Source: Selaginella moellendorffii (lineage: Eukaryota > Plantae > Lycopodiophyta). From it: a DNA stretch of 64,000 bases. The DNA lies in contig NW_003314284.1 of NCBI RefSeq assembly GCF_000143415.4, forward strand, positions 974,693-1,038,692, read 5' to 3'. Shown here one piece after another: positions 36,701 through 48,615 of the stretch (positions are counted from its first letter, which is position 1; every line of letters begins with the position of its first letter). The translations under genes and the position numbers were made by a program. Under the pieces are notes generated by a model, which ran no database searches, was not told the origin of the DNA, and worked only from the letters and a program-made list of their open reading frames with translations.

Positions 36701-39357
36701 TTTGATTATAGATCGTTGTGAATATTCAGACACGAGGACTGAAAAGCGCACTGGTGGCGCGTCGAAGAAGGACAAACAAACAAGCAATAGGAAAAAAGGA
36801 GGTACAAATTATATTTGCAATGCCATGTGGTCTCATGCCATTCCTTGCAGGAGACACTTCTTCAAAGGCAAAACAGGCAAGCACCAGTCAAGTTCAAACT
36901 GACAGTGGTCATAAAAAGCGAAAGCACGTTGGACAGTCGTCGGGATCAGAGGCATTTGATTCGAAAAGGAAGAAGGGCAACGAAAAGATGATAGGTAATG
37001 CCTCGCGGTTATGACGTGTGTGCTCATGCCATTCATTGCAGATCAAGGGCTGAGTGAAAGGAGCCAGTCACCACCTCCTGACTCAAATTCCTATGGCGGA
37101 CTCCCCTTCCCCAATCTCAATGGAGAGGTACAATGGATGAGGGATGCTTTTCAAGTCAGGGCCACATTTTTCTCATCTCGTCGTCTTCGAAGGGTGCAAG
37201 AACGTGCAGAAACCATGTTAAGACAGTCGGGTGAGGATACGGTCCTAGGTCAAGCACTAAAACAGGCTATGGATGTCTTGTATTTTGAGATGGAGACTCG
37301 GCCAAATGATTTTCCCAAGATGGTCCTGGAAAAACAAGCCATCCAGCCTGAGCAGCCTATGGAAGAAATGCAGGAGGGGGATGAGGAGCCAGAGAAAGAT
37401 AATGAGCAGGAAGAGCAGAAGGACGAAGAGGAGGACAAAGAAGAGGAGGACGAAGAAGAGGAGGATGAAGAAGAGGAGGACGAAGAGGACTTGGATGGTC
37501 CTCACAATGGTGACGATCACAATAACGACGATAACGATGATGACAACGATGGCCAGCCTGAGGTGGCCAAAGAGCAGCGGAGGAAGGTCATACAAGACAA
37601 ACCATCAGGTAAATAATAGTACATCCATTCCTAACCTTTTACCATTCTAACATTGTCCATGTAGGTTGCAGAAGAAATGGTAAGTAGAGATTATTCAGTT
37701 GAATTAAGATACAAACTCTAGCTTTTAGTGTCGAGGAAGGATAGTGCCAAGCAAGGGTCGAAACGTATGTCCAATCCTTCAGAATCAGCAGTGCGCCCAA
37801 TAGCAGTTGATGGTAAATACAGTATAGTCGATTCAATGTGCTAATGAGTTTGTTTTTAGTAGCCAGTAGGGAGGATACCATCTCAATCGAAGGGAGATAT
37901 TTGGACATGCATATGGATCCGCCAGTGGACTCTACTTGCCTGCAAGAGTCATCAGAGCTGGTGGAGGCTACTATCCATATCAACGCCAAGCAAGCTGACC
38001 ACGCTCCACTTGATGCTGCCCATACCACTGAGTCAATCTTGTCCACGTATCCAACTGACGGTGACCAGGCGCCATTGGACCCGCATGAGGCCGCCCCAGC
38101 CGCCGAGCCGGTCGTATCCTCATTTCCAACGGACTCAACGTGTGCCCAATCGTTTGACTACGCGCCGTTGGAACCTCCCTACACCGCCCCTGCTGCCTGT
38201 TCGGTCATGTCCACTTTGCCAACGGAGGCACCAACTGAAATGGCATGTGATCACACGCCATCGGAACCACCCCATGCCACTGTTGAGCCAGTTGTACCAG
38301 AGTCTACAGCTGAAATGGCATGTGCCCACACGCCATCGGATGCGATTGACCCCACATTGCAGAGGAGAGTATTTCCGCCCTTCACGTTTCCTCGACCAAA
38401 ACCCTCTGAATGACCATCGGGAGCACCATTCGCTAATATTGTAGATGGTAAAATTGACTTGTACCATTTTTTATGCTAACACATTTCATTTCAGAGTCAC
38501 GGCGAAAGTACTGTATCGTTTTTGATCTGAACGGTGTCCTTTTCTCCTATGAGCGTGGCTCGTCCTCGAATGTCACTGCACCCTCCAAAGCCTGCGGTCG
38601 CAAGTTGGTCAAAAGAGACAGATTCACATTAATCACACGGGAGAAACTGCGGGATCTAATAATGACCATGCGACACTTAAAACAGAGGGCTGGGTTCAAT
38701 TTGCAATTGGGAGTTTGGACATCCATGATGCGCCACAATGCATTAACGTTGCTACAGATGATGCACGATCAGACGCGAGTAATATTACCATTTGACTTTC
38801 TCCTAACGCAGGAGGATTGCTTGACTATGGTCCATGTGAGGGGTAGCAAGCCCATCTTCGTCAAGCCAGAGGCTGTAGTGATGAATCGGACTGCTAGGTC
38901 AAGTGAAATCCTCATCATCGATGACTCGCCGATTAAAACTGCAGCGAACACGCACACATATGCAGTGCACCCCATCTCTTGTAGTATGGAAACTAGGGAG
39001 AAGAAACCGTATGTTCTGGGGGACCTTGCAAAACGGCTTGAAGCGATGGTGATAGAGAACCGGCCAGTCCAGGAGGTGGCTGCAGAAATCAACCAAATGG
39101 CAGATGGAACGGTATATCAGAAGCCATTTGATCGGACAGACACCAGTCATCATTTATGGCATGTATATTGTCTAGCCAAGCACTATCCGCATCTCCATAA
39201 TCTGCTCAACCGGATGGGTTCTTCGACCACTGAACATGAGCGTGGACGTATTAGAGAAGAGATGGCATTACTATTGGGTTTAAATCCTGATAGTGTGGAG
39301 AGTGATGAAATTCCAAGATTATTGTATAAGCATTGGAGGCAAAAAATAACAGTCTGA
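33765..39357 (+). pseudogene. 11-exon transposon cargo gene (~1632 aa): ParB/Srx-like + degenerate DNA amino-MTase-like + acidic linker + FCP1/NIF HAD phosphatase; two in-frame stops
   Basis: Exons 33765-33767, 34007-35185, 35240-36548, 36599-36673, 36730-36801, 36851-36994, 37042-37608, 37665-37679, 37729-37812, 37860-38447, 38495-39357 (4899 nt, phases consistent, GT-AG introns). Stops TAA 34709-34711 and TGA 38411-38413. Motifs NHRLVSDEWVEKL/FYAVSGQHS and IVFDLNGVL/VWTS/ILIIDDSPIK. Confidence 0.75.
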
Positions 39358-40122
39358 GATGGCATGTATTTATTTAAAAATGTAGCTTATTATGGCATGG
39401 GGTTCCATGCCATTGTATTAATATTAAAAGACAATTCTTTGAGAGGATTTGCATTATACTAGAAGTGTTACAGCATGTTATTGGAAGTCTACGAAGTTGT
39501 TTTATTAATAAGGGGAAAGTAAAGATTGAATGGGGACTTGGGCTCCACCTAGACTCGGAGCAACTGAGCCAATATTAAAAGGATGGAAAGAAATTGGACG
39601 ACAATGACAAGGAGAAGAGAGAGGTGAAGCAGTGGCAGGGGGAGGAGAAGTGATTGAGTAGACATTTCCTTGTTTAAAATAAAATGGCATGTGCCTCAAT
39701 GCAGTTGAATTTTGTTATATTTATATACTATATAAAGGTTTGGAAACCTTATTTTACAAGTGGGATAATGACAATTCCCACTTTAACGAAATAGAGCTTA
39801 ACCTCATAGATATTAATTTTGTTTCTTCTAAATAAATCTTGATAATATAAAATTACATGTGTTTAAATTTCATTCACAAATTCATGCCTCTTTTATTTTT
39901 ATTTTTTATTTCTTTTCTCATTCTTTTGACAAATGGCTCCACTTAGAACATATGTAATAATCTAATTAAAAATGAGTTTCTATTAAGATGAGTTTTATAT
40001 GCTACTAGAAATAGTAGAAAAGGAACTGTTTCTTAAAACAATGAATTTTAAATTTATTGAAGTTATTAATTGTACTAATCTAGAACTTAAGGAGATTATA
40101 CTTGTTGGTTAAGCTGCACTTT

Positions 40123-40575
40123 ATGGGGTCTTTAATATTTTTTACTTTAATTATAAATATTTTTAAGTTCTTTGTAAGTATAATTTTAATTAACTAATTC
40201 TTACTCTCTTTTTCTATATTTATATAGGTGATAACACATAGTGATTTTGTTGATACATGTGATATTAGTACAATGAAGCTTATAAGAATTGATGATAATG
40301 ATGAAAGTAAAGGTTGGAAATTTGAAGCTGTATGTGAACCTTTTATAAATCAAAAATCAACAATTACTCTTAATAACTGTATTACAAATACTAATGGGGT
40401 TATGGGTCATGGTCGTGATTTTCAATTATCATGTAATAGTGCAATTGTAACAATATCATATGATGGTTGGGTAAAATTATCAGCAGTTTGCACTACTTTT
40501 GGTGGTCTTCCAAATCCAACTAGAATTTATTTAAATTCAATTCTTGTAAATGTAAAAGGTTATCTCCAATGTTAG
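40123..40575 (+). CDS. Secreted cyanovirin-N homolog (CVNH) lectin, 2 exons (40123-40173, 40228-40575), 132 aa
   Basis: Hydrophobic leader MGSLIFFTLIINIFKFF; phase-0 54-nt intron; two repeats of F..(S/T)C...(F/L).AVC...I.LN..I.N..G, the CVNH pseudo-two-fold pattern. Confidence 0.75.
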
Positions 40576-40720
40576 ATTGAATAAAAGATAATATAAAAGA
40601 ACACATTCTTAAATTTTTTTTAAATACTTTATTAAATACATTATGTTATAAATATGAATTTATTTAGTAAAGGTATTTAAAAAGTCCTTTCAAAGACATT
40701 TTCTAGATTTTGCTTTATAG

Positions 40721-40873
40721 TCATTAAATAAAAAAATTATTTATAAATTCCATAAATATATTCATGTGTCTGTTTTTATACACACACACACACACACACA
40801 TACACATATATATATATCAACACACACATGAATATATTTATGGAACTTTTAAATTTAATTTTTTTATTTAATG
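40721..40873. repeat. AT-rich inverted repeat (MITE-like) with a (CA)n/(TA)n microsatellite loop
   Basis: TTCCATAAATATATTCATGTGT / ACACATGAATATATTTATGGAA perfect 22-bp arms plus imperfect outer arms. Confidence 0.75.
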
Positions 40874-40999
40874 GTCTTTGTGATTGACTTTTGGATTCAA
40901 GTAGTTAATTTAACTATATTTCTTCATGTTTCCATATGTTATACCTAGTGTGTTAGCTTTCTGTTAGACATATATATAACTTAATGATATGAGTTCAGT

Positions 41000-43080
41000 G
41001 TTTAGGTTTTATAAAGGTGAACTAAAAAGTGATTGTTGGTTATTTAGTGACTAATGATTGCTTGTATACTTTGTCAAGGACTACTAAAAATTTATTTAAC
41101 TTGATAATGATTTTATAGTGATAAATTTGCTTTACAAGATGTGTTGTGGGGATTATGTCATTGGGATGATTTTTGTATGTTATCATATTGATTCCATCTC
41201 TATCTGTATTATTTGGTTGCATTTAGTTTTTGGTGTTAAATTACATTGTGTCTAGGATGTGGTAATAATTTATTATTTGTAGCTTAGTATTATTCCAAAA
41301 TTAATTTAATAAGGTATCTTTAACCTTAGTTAGTTTAATTAGTAGAGAGCTTTAACTGGTGATTCTTTTTTAACTTTATTCAAGTATTAGTGGAGCATCC
41401 CTTTAATGAGAGATTTTATCCTCATTTATCCACCACTTTATTTTTCTCCCCTTAAGCTAACTAAATAAGGGAGTCCTCATTCATCTTATAATTGAATTTA
41501 TCAATGCTTCCATTGTATAAACTAATTATTCTATATGAACTAATTAATCATCCCAAAGAGCTAGATTATGCCTCAAGTTAGTTAGCCATATCTGACTTAT
41601 CCACTATCCCTACTATACATTTGGAACCCCTCCAAAGGAATGCATACTTTAGGTTTACACCCCAATCCCAGAAGTTAGTATTTAGAACAATAATGAAAAC
41701 TAACTAAATATGGAATGACACTAGATTGTGAATTTGGATACAGGAACAACACCATCATGTCCATAATAAACTTTACATTCCGTAAATATGCTTCACCAAA
41801 AAGTCTAAATACCTCCATAAATAGCTACTGAGACTAAATAGAACTAACACATATGTAATGATAATGAGAGTGTCTCAATATTTGTCAATGGTTTGACATT
41901 GAAAGCTCACCATGCCTTAGCCATCCTTTAAGGAATATAATCTCTCCAATTTAGAGACTTATTAGACCATTTATGGTTAACAAACATAGTAAGCTATCAT
42001 TTAACAAATATTGAGGGACTAATCTCAATATCCTAAGGGTTCCCAACACTAGTAAATACAATCAAATGAATGAGTTTTTTTAACTAGGTCAAGTATGCTT
42101 CATTAATAAAATTTAAGAATGCCATTATTATGCTCTTTTGGCTAAGTGCATATGTAAAGATTAGTTTCTCAACTGGGTGGAAATTGATAAAGGGTCTAGC
42201 AATACTAACATCTTGCCATCATGGCAATAAAGATTATTTAAAAGGATTCATTGACAAATAACTTTTGTGCTTTTTAGATTCTAGAAATTTTTATTTAGTT
42301 GTAGCACATGTGTTTTTCACCCTTTACCCTATAGTGATATACCATAGGATAACCATGAAGAAGAACCTAAACTCTTTCCAATGATAGTATAGTGGAATTT
42401 ATGTTTCAAGGCCTTGAGCCACTGAATGAAAGGACAAAGCCAAACTCTCGAACATACATCCAAAGAGTAAAGGAATTAAAGCATGGAATAACTCTCAAGC
42501 ATTCAACCCAAAGCACAAAGGGATAGGAGCATGGAGTGATATTAGAACAGTCCTAGAGCATTTAACATCCTAGTACACAAAATAGAGCTAAATAGAGTTT
42601 AGTGCTATTTTTGAATACTGGTGGTTTGACATTATAGTGCACCTGAATTTAGAGTTGAACTCTAAGCCCATTGCACTACCAAACAAGGGTCCAGTACAAT
42701 CCCACGAGTAATAGCTCCCCGTATCTAGCACCTGCATGCAAAATGGTGTTAAATGGTATCTAGCATATTGGTGGCTTAATGCGAGGAGAAAAGTATCCCA
42801 CCGACTAGAGTAGTGTGGAGCTTAGACTTAAACCCAAGTTGGACGTAGAACAAAGAGCAACATAACCCAGTGGGAGCTAAACTAATGTCTCAGGTGGTTG
42901 GACATGCATTCAACCCACTATCGCTATTATACATTTAGAACCCCTTAGAGAGCCGCCGCCCCCCCTCCCCCTTCGAGCAATACATGCTTTAGGCTTTCAC
43001 ACAAGCTTGAAACCTACTAAAAATGAAATGTCTTTAGATTGTGATTTTGGACACGGGATGAACACCATTGTGTTCAAAAC
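41000..43080 (-). mobile_element. Decayed nested family B LTR and internal-region remnants
   Basis: 41550-42270 resembles 15880-16500; LTR ends at ~42300 and ~42634; shared core motif at 41600-41665 and 42915-43000. Confidence 0.7.
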
Positions 43081-44665
43081 AATTAAGGGCATTTTTGGGG
43101 CTATGCAACTACTACCGAAAGTTTATCAAACATTATTTAACCCTTAATGGACCAAACGGGAAAAAGGAAGATGGTATGGATAGCGGAATGTGAAGCAGCA
43201 TTTGTCCACCTCAAGGGGAAGTTGAGGAAGGCTCCCGTGTTGGCGTTACCAAACTTTGGTAAAGACTTTGAGGTAGAAACGGATGTTTCAGACTTTGCCT
43301 TGGGCGCAATTTTGAAGCAAGACAACCATCCAGTAGTATTCTTCTCGAAAAAGTTGGACAAGGCTCAGCAAAAGTGGCCTGCCCACGAGAAGGAATTGTT
43401 TGCGGTGGTCAAGGCGCTCAAGGAGTGGCAACATTACCTTAAGAGACACTTCAAGGTTTACACAGACAATGTGGCAATGAAACACTTCTTGCCACAGCCC
43501 GACCTGAGAGGGAAACAGGGTCGGTGGGCCAATGCTTTGGTAGAGTTTGATTGCGAGATTCTGTACAAGCCTGGGAAGAGCAACATCGTGGCAGATGCAC
43601 TAAGTCGAAAAGCGAGCTTGAAGTTGGCAATATCCAGGGCGACAGCAACCTTTTAGGATGATGTGCGGACAGTATATGAGAACAATAGTCTAACAGAAGA
43701 AGTGTTGTTGAGGAATTTGGAGGCACGGGAAGCTCACCAATGAGGTGAGCTGCCAATGGAAGAGAAAACGGGCTATGCAGAACGCAACAGACTTATCTAT
43801 TACAAGCAAACGAGGGTGTATGTTCCAGAAGGGGAACTAAGGAAAGTAACCTTAGAAGAGTGTTATGACGGACCTCTTGCGGGACACGGCGGAGTGCCCA
43901 AGACGATGGGCTTACTCAAGAGGAAGTACCACTGGCCAGATATGGCTAAGGACGTCCAAGACTATGTAAGGACATGTCCAACATGTCAGCAGATCAAAGC
44001 CGTAACTAAGGCTAGTGAGGGCTTGTTACAAAGCATCCCAATTCCAGATCGTCCGTGGAAATGTCTTACGATGGACTTCATCACGGGACTTCCCCCAAGT
44101 GAGGGGTTTGATGCGATACTCGTGGTGGTGCACCGATTTTCGAAGATGGCACATTTCATACCCACCACAACGGAAGTGGATGCGGAAGGTATGGCGAAGT
44201 TGTTTTTCAAACAAGTGGTTCGAGTGCGGGGAAGGCTAGAGGAGATCATCTCGGATAGAGATAAGATCTTCACCAGCAGGTTCTGGAGAACTCTCCTGGA
44301 ACAGTATCGCACCAAGTTGAAATTCAGCACAGCCTATCACCCACAGACAGGTATTGGGTATTAAGTCAAGTTGGATGGCACTAACGCTTCTTGATAGATG
44401 GACAAACGGAAAGGGTGAATAGGCAGCTGGAGGATTATTTACGATGCTATGACTCCGGAGACCAGACTGATTGGGTAAGTCATTTGGGACTTGCGAAAAT
44501 GTGTTATAACAACTCACCACATTCGAGTATTGGGGTGAGTCCATGGAAAGTCATCAATGGGCGAACTATTGAAGGTCCTGTGGAACTCGGCGTGGCCAAG
44601 TATCATGGAGAGTTGCCTGCAGTGGAGGCATTCACGGCGGAAAGACTCAACATTTGGAATCTAGT
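43081..44665 (+). pseudogene. Gypsy RNase H-integrase fragment
   Basis: FEVETDVSDFALGA, YKPGKSNIVADALSR, GHGG..KT, CPTCQ, MDFITGLP, ISDRD, STAYHPQT/DGQTERVN. Confidence 0.9.
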
Positions 44666-45823
44666 TGTAAGGAACTAACTCCCCAAGGTGTCGTAGGCTA
44701 AAGCATCCCTGAAAACATGACCAAAATGACAAAGGGTTCATCAGATGGGACCGAGTCTGAGATCGAGTCCAAGACCGACTCTGAGACCGAGTTCGAGATA
44801 GAGTCCGGGATCGAGCCCGAGACCGAATCGGAGACCAAGTTCGAGACCAAGTTCGAGACAGAGTCCGAGATCCAAATCGGGTCCAAGACCAAGTTCGAGG
44901 TCGAGTCCGAAGTCAAGTCTGAGATCGGGTCTGAGATCGAGTCCGACACCGAGTCCGAGACTGAGACCGAGTCCGAAGTCGGGTCCAACACCGAGTCCGA
45001 GATCAAGTTTGAGACCGAGTCCGAGTACTAATACAGGTCAAGGGGTGAAAGCCCAAAGCATGCATTTCCCAAGGGAAGGGGGGGGGGGGGGGGGGGGGTT
45101 CCAAAAGTATAGTAGGGATAGTGAGGTCCAGGAACTAGTCTTGAAGGAACTCTCCATTGGTGCTTCCAAACTAACTTGAGGTTGAGACTGGGGCCGAGGG
45201 GCCTTGGGTAGGAGTGAGCATGGACTTGGGTGGTGCTGGAGGGGCCACCCAAGGAAGTGCTCAAGAGCAGCTCCCACTCCTGAAAGGGAAACCGATTGCG
45301 GTGCTCCCGGCTCATGTGGAGTGGTGCCCCACTTGAATACCTTGTGGCTCATTGGTCCTCGCCCTTCCTAGGGGCTTGGACCTTCCCTTCAGGATGGAAG
45401 TGGGGGGGTAGAGGTACCCGTACCAGACCGTTAGGCCATGGTGTTTCGCCCCGGTGTCCCGAAACAAGTGTTGCACCCAAGGCTTGGGATTAAGAGGGTC
45501 CCATGATCAAGTTTTGTTGTACCAAGGGATGTTAGGAACCTGGAGGCTTGGTGTGCTTGGCTGCGTATGCCTGCGGAGAGTGTAGCTGAACCTTAAGTTC
45601 AATCTAACCCGGGGAGGGGGATTGGGAGGGATTTGGGAATCCGTGGATGGATGGCTAACACTCCGTTGCTCGTGCAATGAGTAGCTGAAACCAAGTAGGA
45701 CTAAGTAGGAGTTGGTACAATAGGCGGGAACCTTGGTGAGGGAACTTAGCAAAAGCCAAGGCAGTGTTGGTCAGATAGACAAGGTAAGTTGGCAAATTGG
45801 AAAGGAAAAATTTGTGGCTTACA
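44666..45823 (+). mobile_element. Solo LTR, family A, without TSD
   Basis: TGTAAG...CTTACA; full-length homolog of 1650-2798; flanks CTAGT/TTGAT differ. Confidence 0.9.
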
Positions 45824-46189
45824 TTGATCTTCTAGAGGGGATAGAATTGGCTCTTAAACACTTCACCAAGTTAGCCTATTTTTCTGCTCGTATTCACTCT
45901 AGCCTTGGACTCTTTAATGGATATATCATCACCTAACACGTGAGTATAACCTTCTTTAGTCACACTAACATTTTCTGGCCAAACTAGATCCATTGAGGTC
46001 CCCCCCCCCCCTACTATACTTTTAAAGCTCACCAAACCCCCTAGGTTCTGGGAGATGATTGCTTTAGTCTTTCACCCTCAAACTTAGACTTGGACTTGGA
46101 CTCAGTCTTGGATTCAGAATAGGTCTTGGTCTCGGTCTCAAACTCAAACTCAAACTCAAACTCAAACTTGGACTCGGTCTCGGTCTTGG

Positions 46190-48615
46190 TGGAACATATA
46201 TGTATATTACTCAATGTCCCTTAGAGACTAGTATAAAAGCAAATTGCTCATAGTACAATGCTTTAGCAATTTTCCAATGAATGGTGGATGAGGTTCTTTG
46301 TGATATACTAGAGGTGACTACTTACTTATTCAATAATGTCTTAATCCATTTAGAGGGGACACAGAAAGAGCACATTCATGATGTTTGAAAAGTGTTAAAT
46401 TGATTGCGAGAAATTGATTTAAAGTTGAAGTGATTGAAATGCATAATTAGATCCAAAGATATGATTTATCTTAGATACTATATTTCTCATAAGGGTTTAT
46501 AAATTATTCTTGACAAACTTATGGCCATTCAAAAGTTCTCTATTCCAAAGTGTTTGAATGATATGTAGCACATCCCAAGTAGGTGCAATATCTCAATTAT
46601 TTTATTAATCATCTTTTTAATTGCACCATACCATTGTGAACGTTGCTGAAGTTGTCAATGTTATCTTTCATCTAATCCAAGGACTATGAACATGCATTTA
46701 TAGATCTTAAAAAGTTATTGATGACTCCTCCAATTTTAGCATATTTTAATTAAACTTGATATTTCATTTTGCATATGAATGCTTTGGATATCAGTCTTGG
46801 GGGTGTTTTAATGCAAAAAAGTATGAGTGTGCCTAATCAACATCATCCCATTGCGTACATAAACTATACATTACAACTAGTAGAGGTATATTACTCCATA
46901 ATAAAGAAAGAATGTTTAGTGGTAGTTTAAAGTTTCGACAAGCTTGAGTTCTCAGATGTTACTAGAAGGTAATCATGTTGTAGTTACTTTGTTATTGAAG
47001 TGGAAAAACTTGATTAATTGTATGGCTTGATAAGCTCTAAAGTTTCAAATATATAATTTAAAGGTTTTTCATTACCCAGGGAATTATATAGTTGATACTA
47101 ACACCCTTTTTCAAGTTCTTTTCCCTTCTTTACTCTCTTCTCATGTTCCTAATAAACCTATTATTTTAGCATTTATGAATTTTCTGGATGAGGATTTTAT
47201 ACTGTTAATGGTTAATATACTTGATGTTCAGTGTCCATGAGGTGCAAAGAAAGATTTACCTTCTTTTGACAAGGTTAGTGTGGCTTAAAAGGTTGAGTCG
47301 TGGATCTAAAGGCTTTTTAAAGGGTTTAAAAATCCTGCATCACTTATAAATGACTTATTATTTCAGCATTTACATTCTTAATATTGTCTTAAGGATGACC
47401 TTCTTTATTTTGTTTAGACTGATCTTAATGGTCATTTATAGCTGGTGGTTCTTTTAATATTTATTCCATGTTTTTTCTATACTTACTATAACTCTCCTAT
47501 TCTATGTGGGCATATAGGATATCAGTGTGTGACTGAAAAATTACATAATTCTTTCTATTGATTGAATATACAATGTGATATTATTCAATATATGCATAGT
47601 TGTCTTTGGTGCCAAGGCTATATTACTCCCCTGGTGTTACGAAGGGACAGTTGGAGTCAATTATAATTTCCTGTCCATTTGAGTTGGTGGCATTTGATCT
47701 AATAAAGCTTTTTCCACAATTGATTATTAGTAATGAATATGTCATTATTTTCTTTGACTACTTGATTCACTAAATGGAAGTCAGTGCTCTTACTAGTGCA
47801 TCAATAACTATTATTGGGTACTTCCTCCTCAATTGAGTGGTGTTCTAATATTCATGTCTAGAGTGAATTCTCTCAAATAATGGTCTTACATTTATTAATG
47901 AGGCATTTCATGTTTTAATATCTCAACTAGGGATACATCACACTTTACAAATGCTTATCAGTTTGGTAGAACAACTCATTCTGAGATGATTGCGAAGTAT
48001 GTGAAGTTTAACATTTAGATTAAGATGATTATTTGCCCTCTCTTTGGTACACATATATTATAGTGATATAAAGTTCTATTAATGTTTCACTATATAAAAT
48101 TTTATATGGTAATGATCCAATATTACTAATGGAGTTGAGTTCACCTTCGCGATTGCTATAAACTGTCGATACTAAGTCTTGGGATCAATATTTAATGAGC
48201 ATTTTTTTAGTTGTCTGAGTAGAGTCTATCAAACATTTAGGCAGCATACAAGTGGGACAACAACAACACTACAACTCCCATCATCGTCCATCTATAGAGT
48301 ATAAAGTAGATGATTTGGTGTTAGTCTATTTTCCCAATCTTACAATATATAGTCTGTCTAAAAAACTCTTTTTTCAATGAAGGGACCATATTAGGTGTTA
48401 TAGCAAGTTGGATTTCAAGTTTATAAAGTTCAACATCACATTCAATAGGCCGATCCTCTATAAATTATGCATATACAACAACTAAAATGTTTCATATAAA
48501 GGGATCAAAAATAATTAATACAAATCCATTGATGCCTCCTCTTAATATTCTTTTAGATCCCGGCCCAAACTAGAGAACTTAATTGCCTCCTATCCTTCCG
48601 AGAAGAGGGGATAAG
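46190..48615 (+). pseudogene. Old, AT-eroded gypsy pol (RT-RH-INT) ending in a putative PPT
   Basis: Remnants of RT (YLG..IS..G), RNase H (HPIAY, YSII.KECL.V), integrase (PFELV..D, ILSN.G..F) motifs; AGAAGAGGGG at 48601; very many stops. Confidence 0.65.

Larger units (their letters stand above)
26854..39705. repeat. Dispersed 22-bp palindrome ATGGCATG-WGGCCW-CAYGCCAT (~27 copies/half-sites)
   Basis: Copies at ~26854, 27170, 27259, 27671, 27732, 29074, 29131, 30976, 31046, 31144, 31756, 31831, 32681, 32760, 32919, 33054, 33793, 33870, 33930, 35207, 36679, 36820, 37011, 38240, 38315, 39392, 39684. Confidence 0.9.
26630..39797. mobile_element. Large (~13.2 kb) TIR DNA transposon, Sola-like, with cargo gene
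   Basis: Perfect 22-bp TIRs GCTCTATTTCGTTAAAGTGGGA (26630-26651) / TCCCACTTTAACGAAATAGAGC (39776-39797); internal transposase; element-restricted palindrome. No clear TSD. Confidence 0.85.

Noticed and set aside
38473-39357. Stand-alone HAD phosphatase gene
   Set aside because: Its ATG lies within a 47-nt intron with a GCTAAC branch site, and the phase-1 splice joins it to the upstream exon; better explained as the last exon of the cargo gene.
26854-39705. CRISPR-like interpretation of the palindromic repeats
   Set aside because: Spacing is irregular (tens to thousands of bp), copies are degenerate, context is eukaryotic and there are no cas genes.
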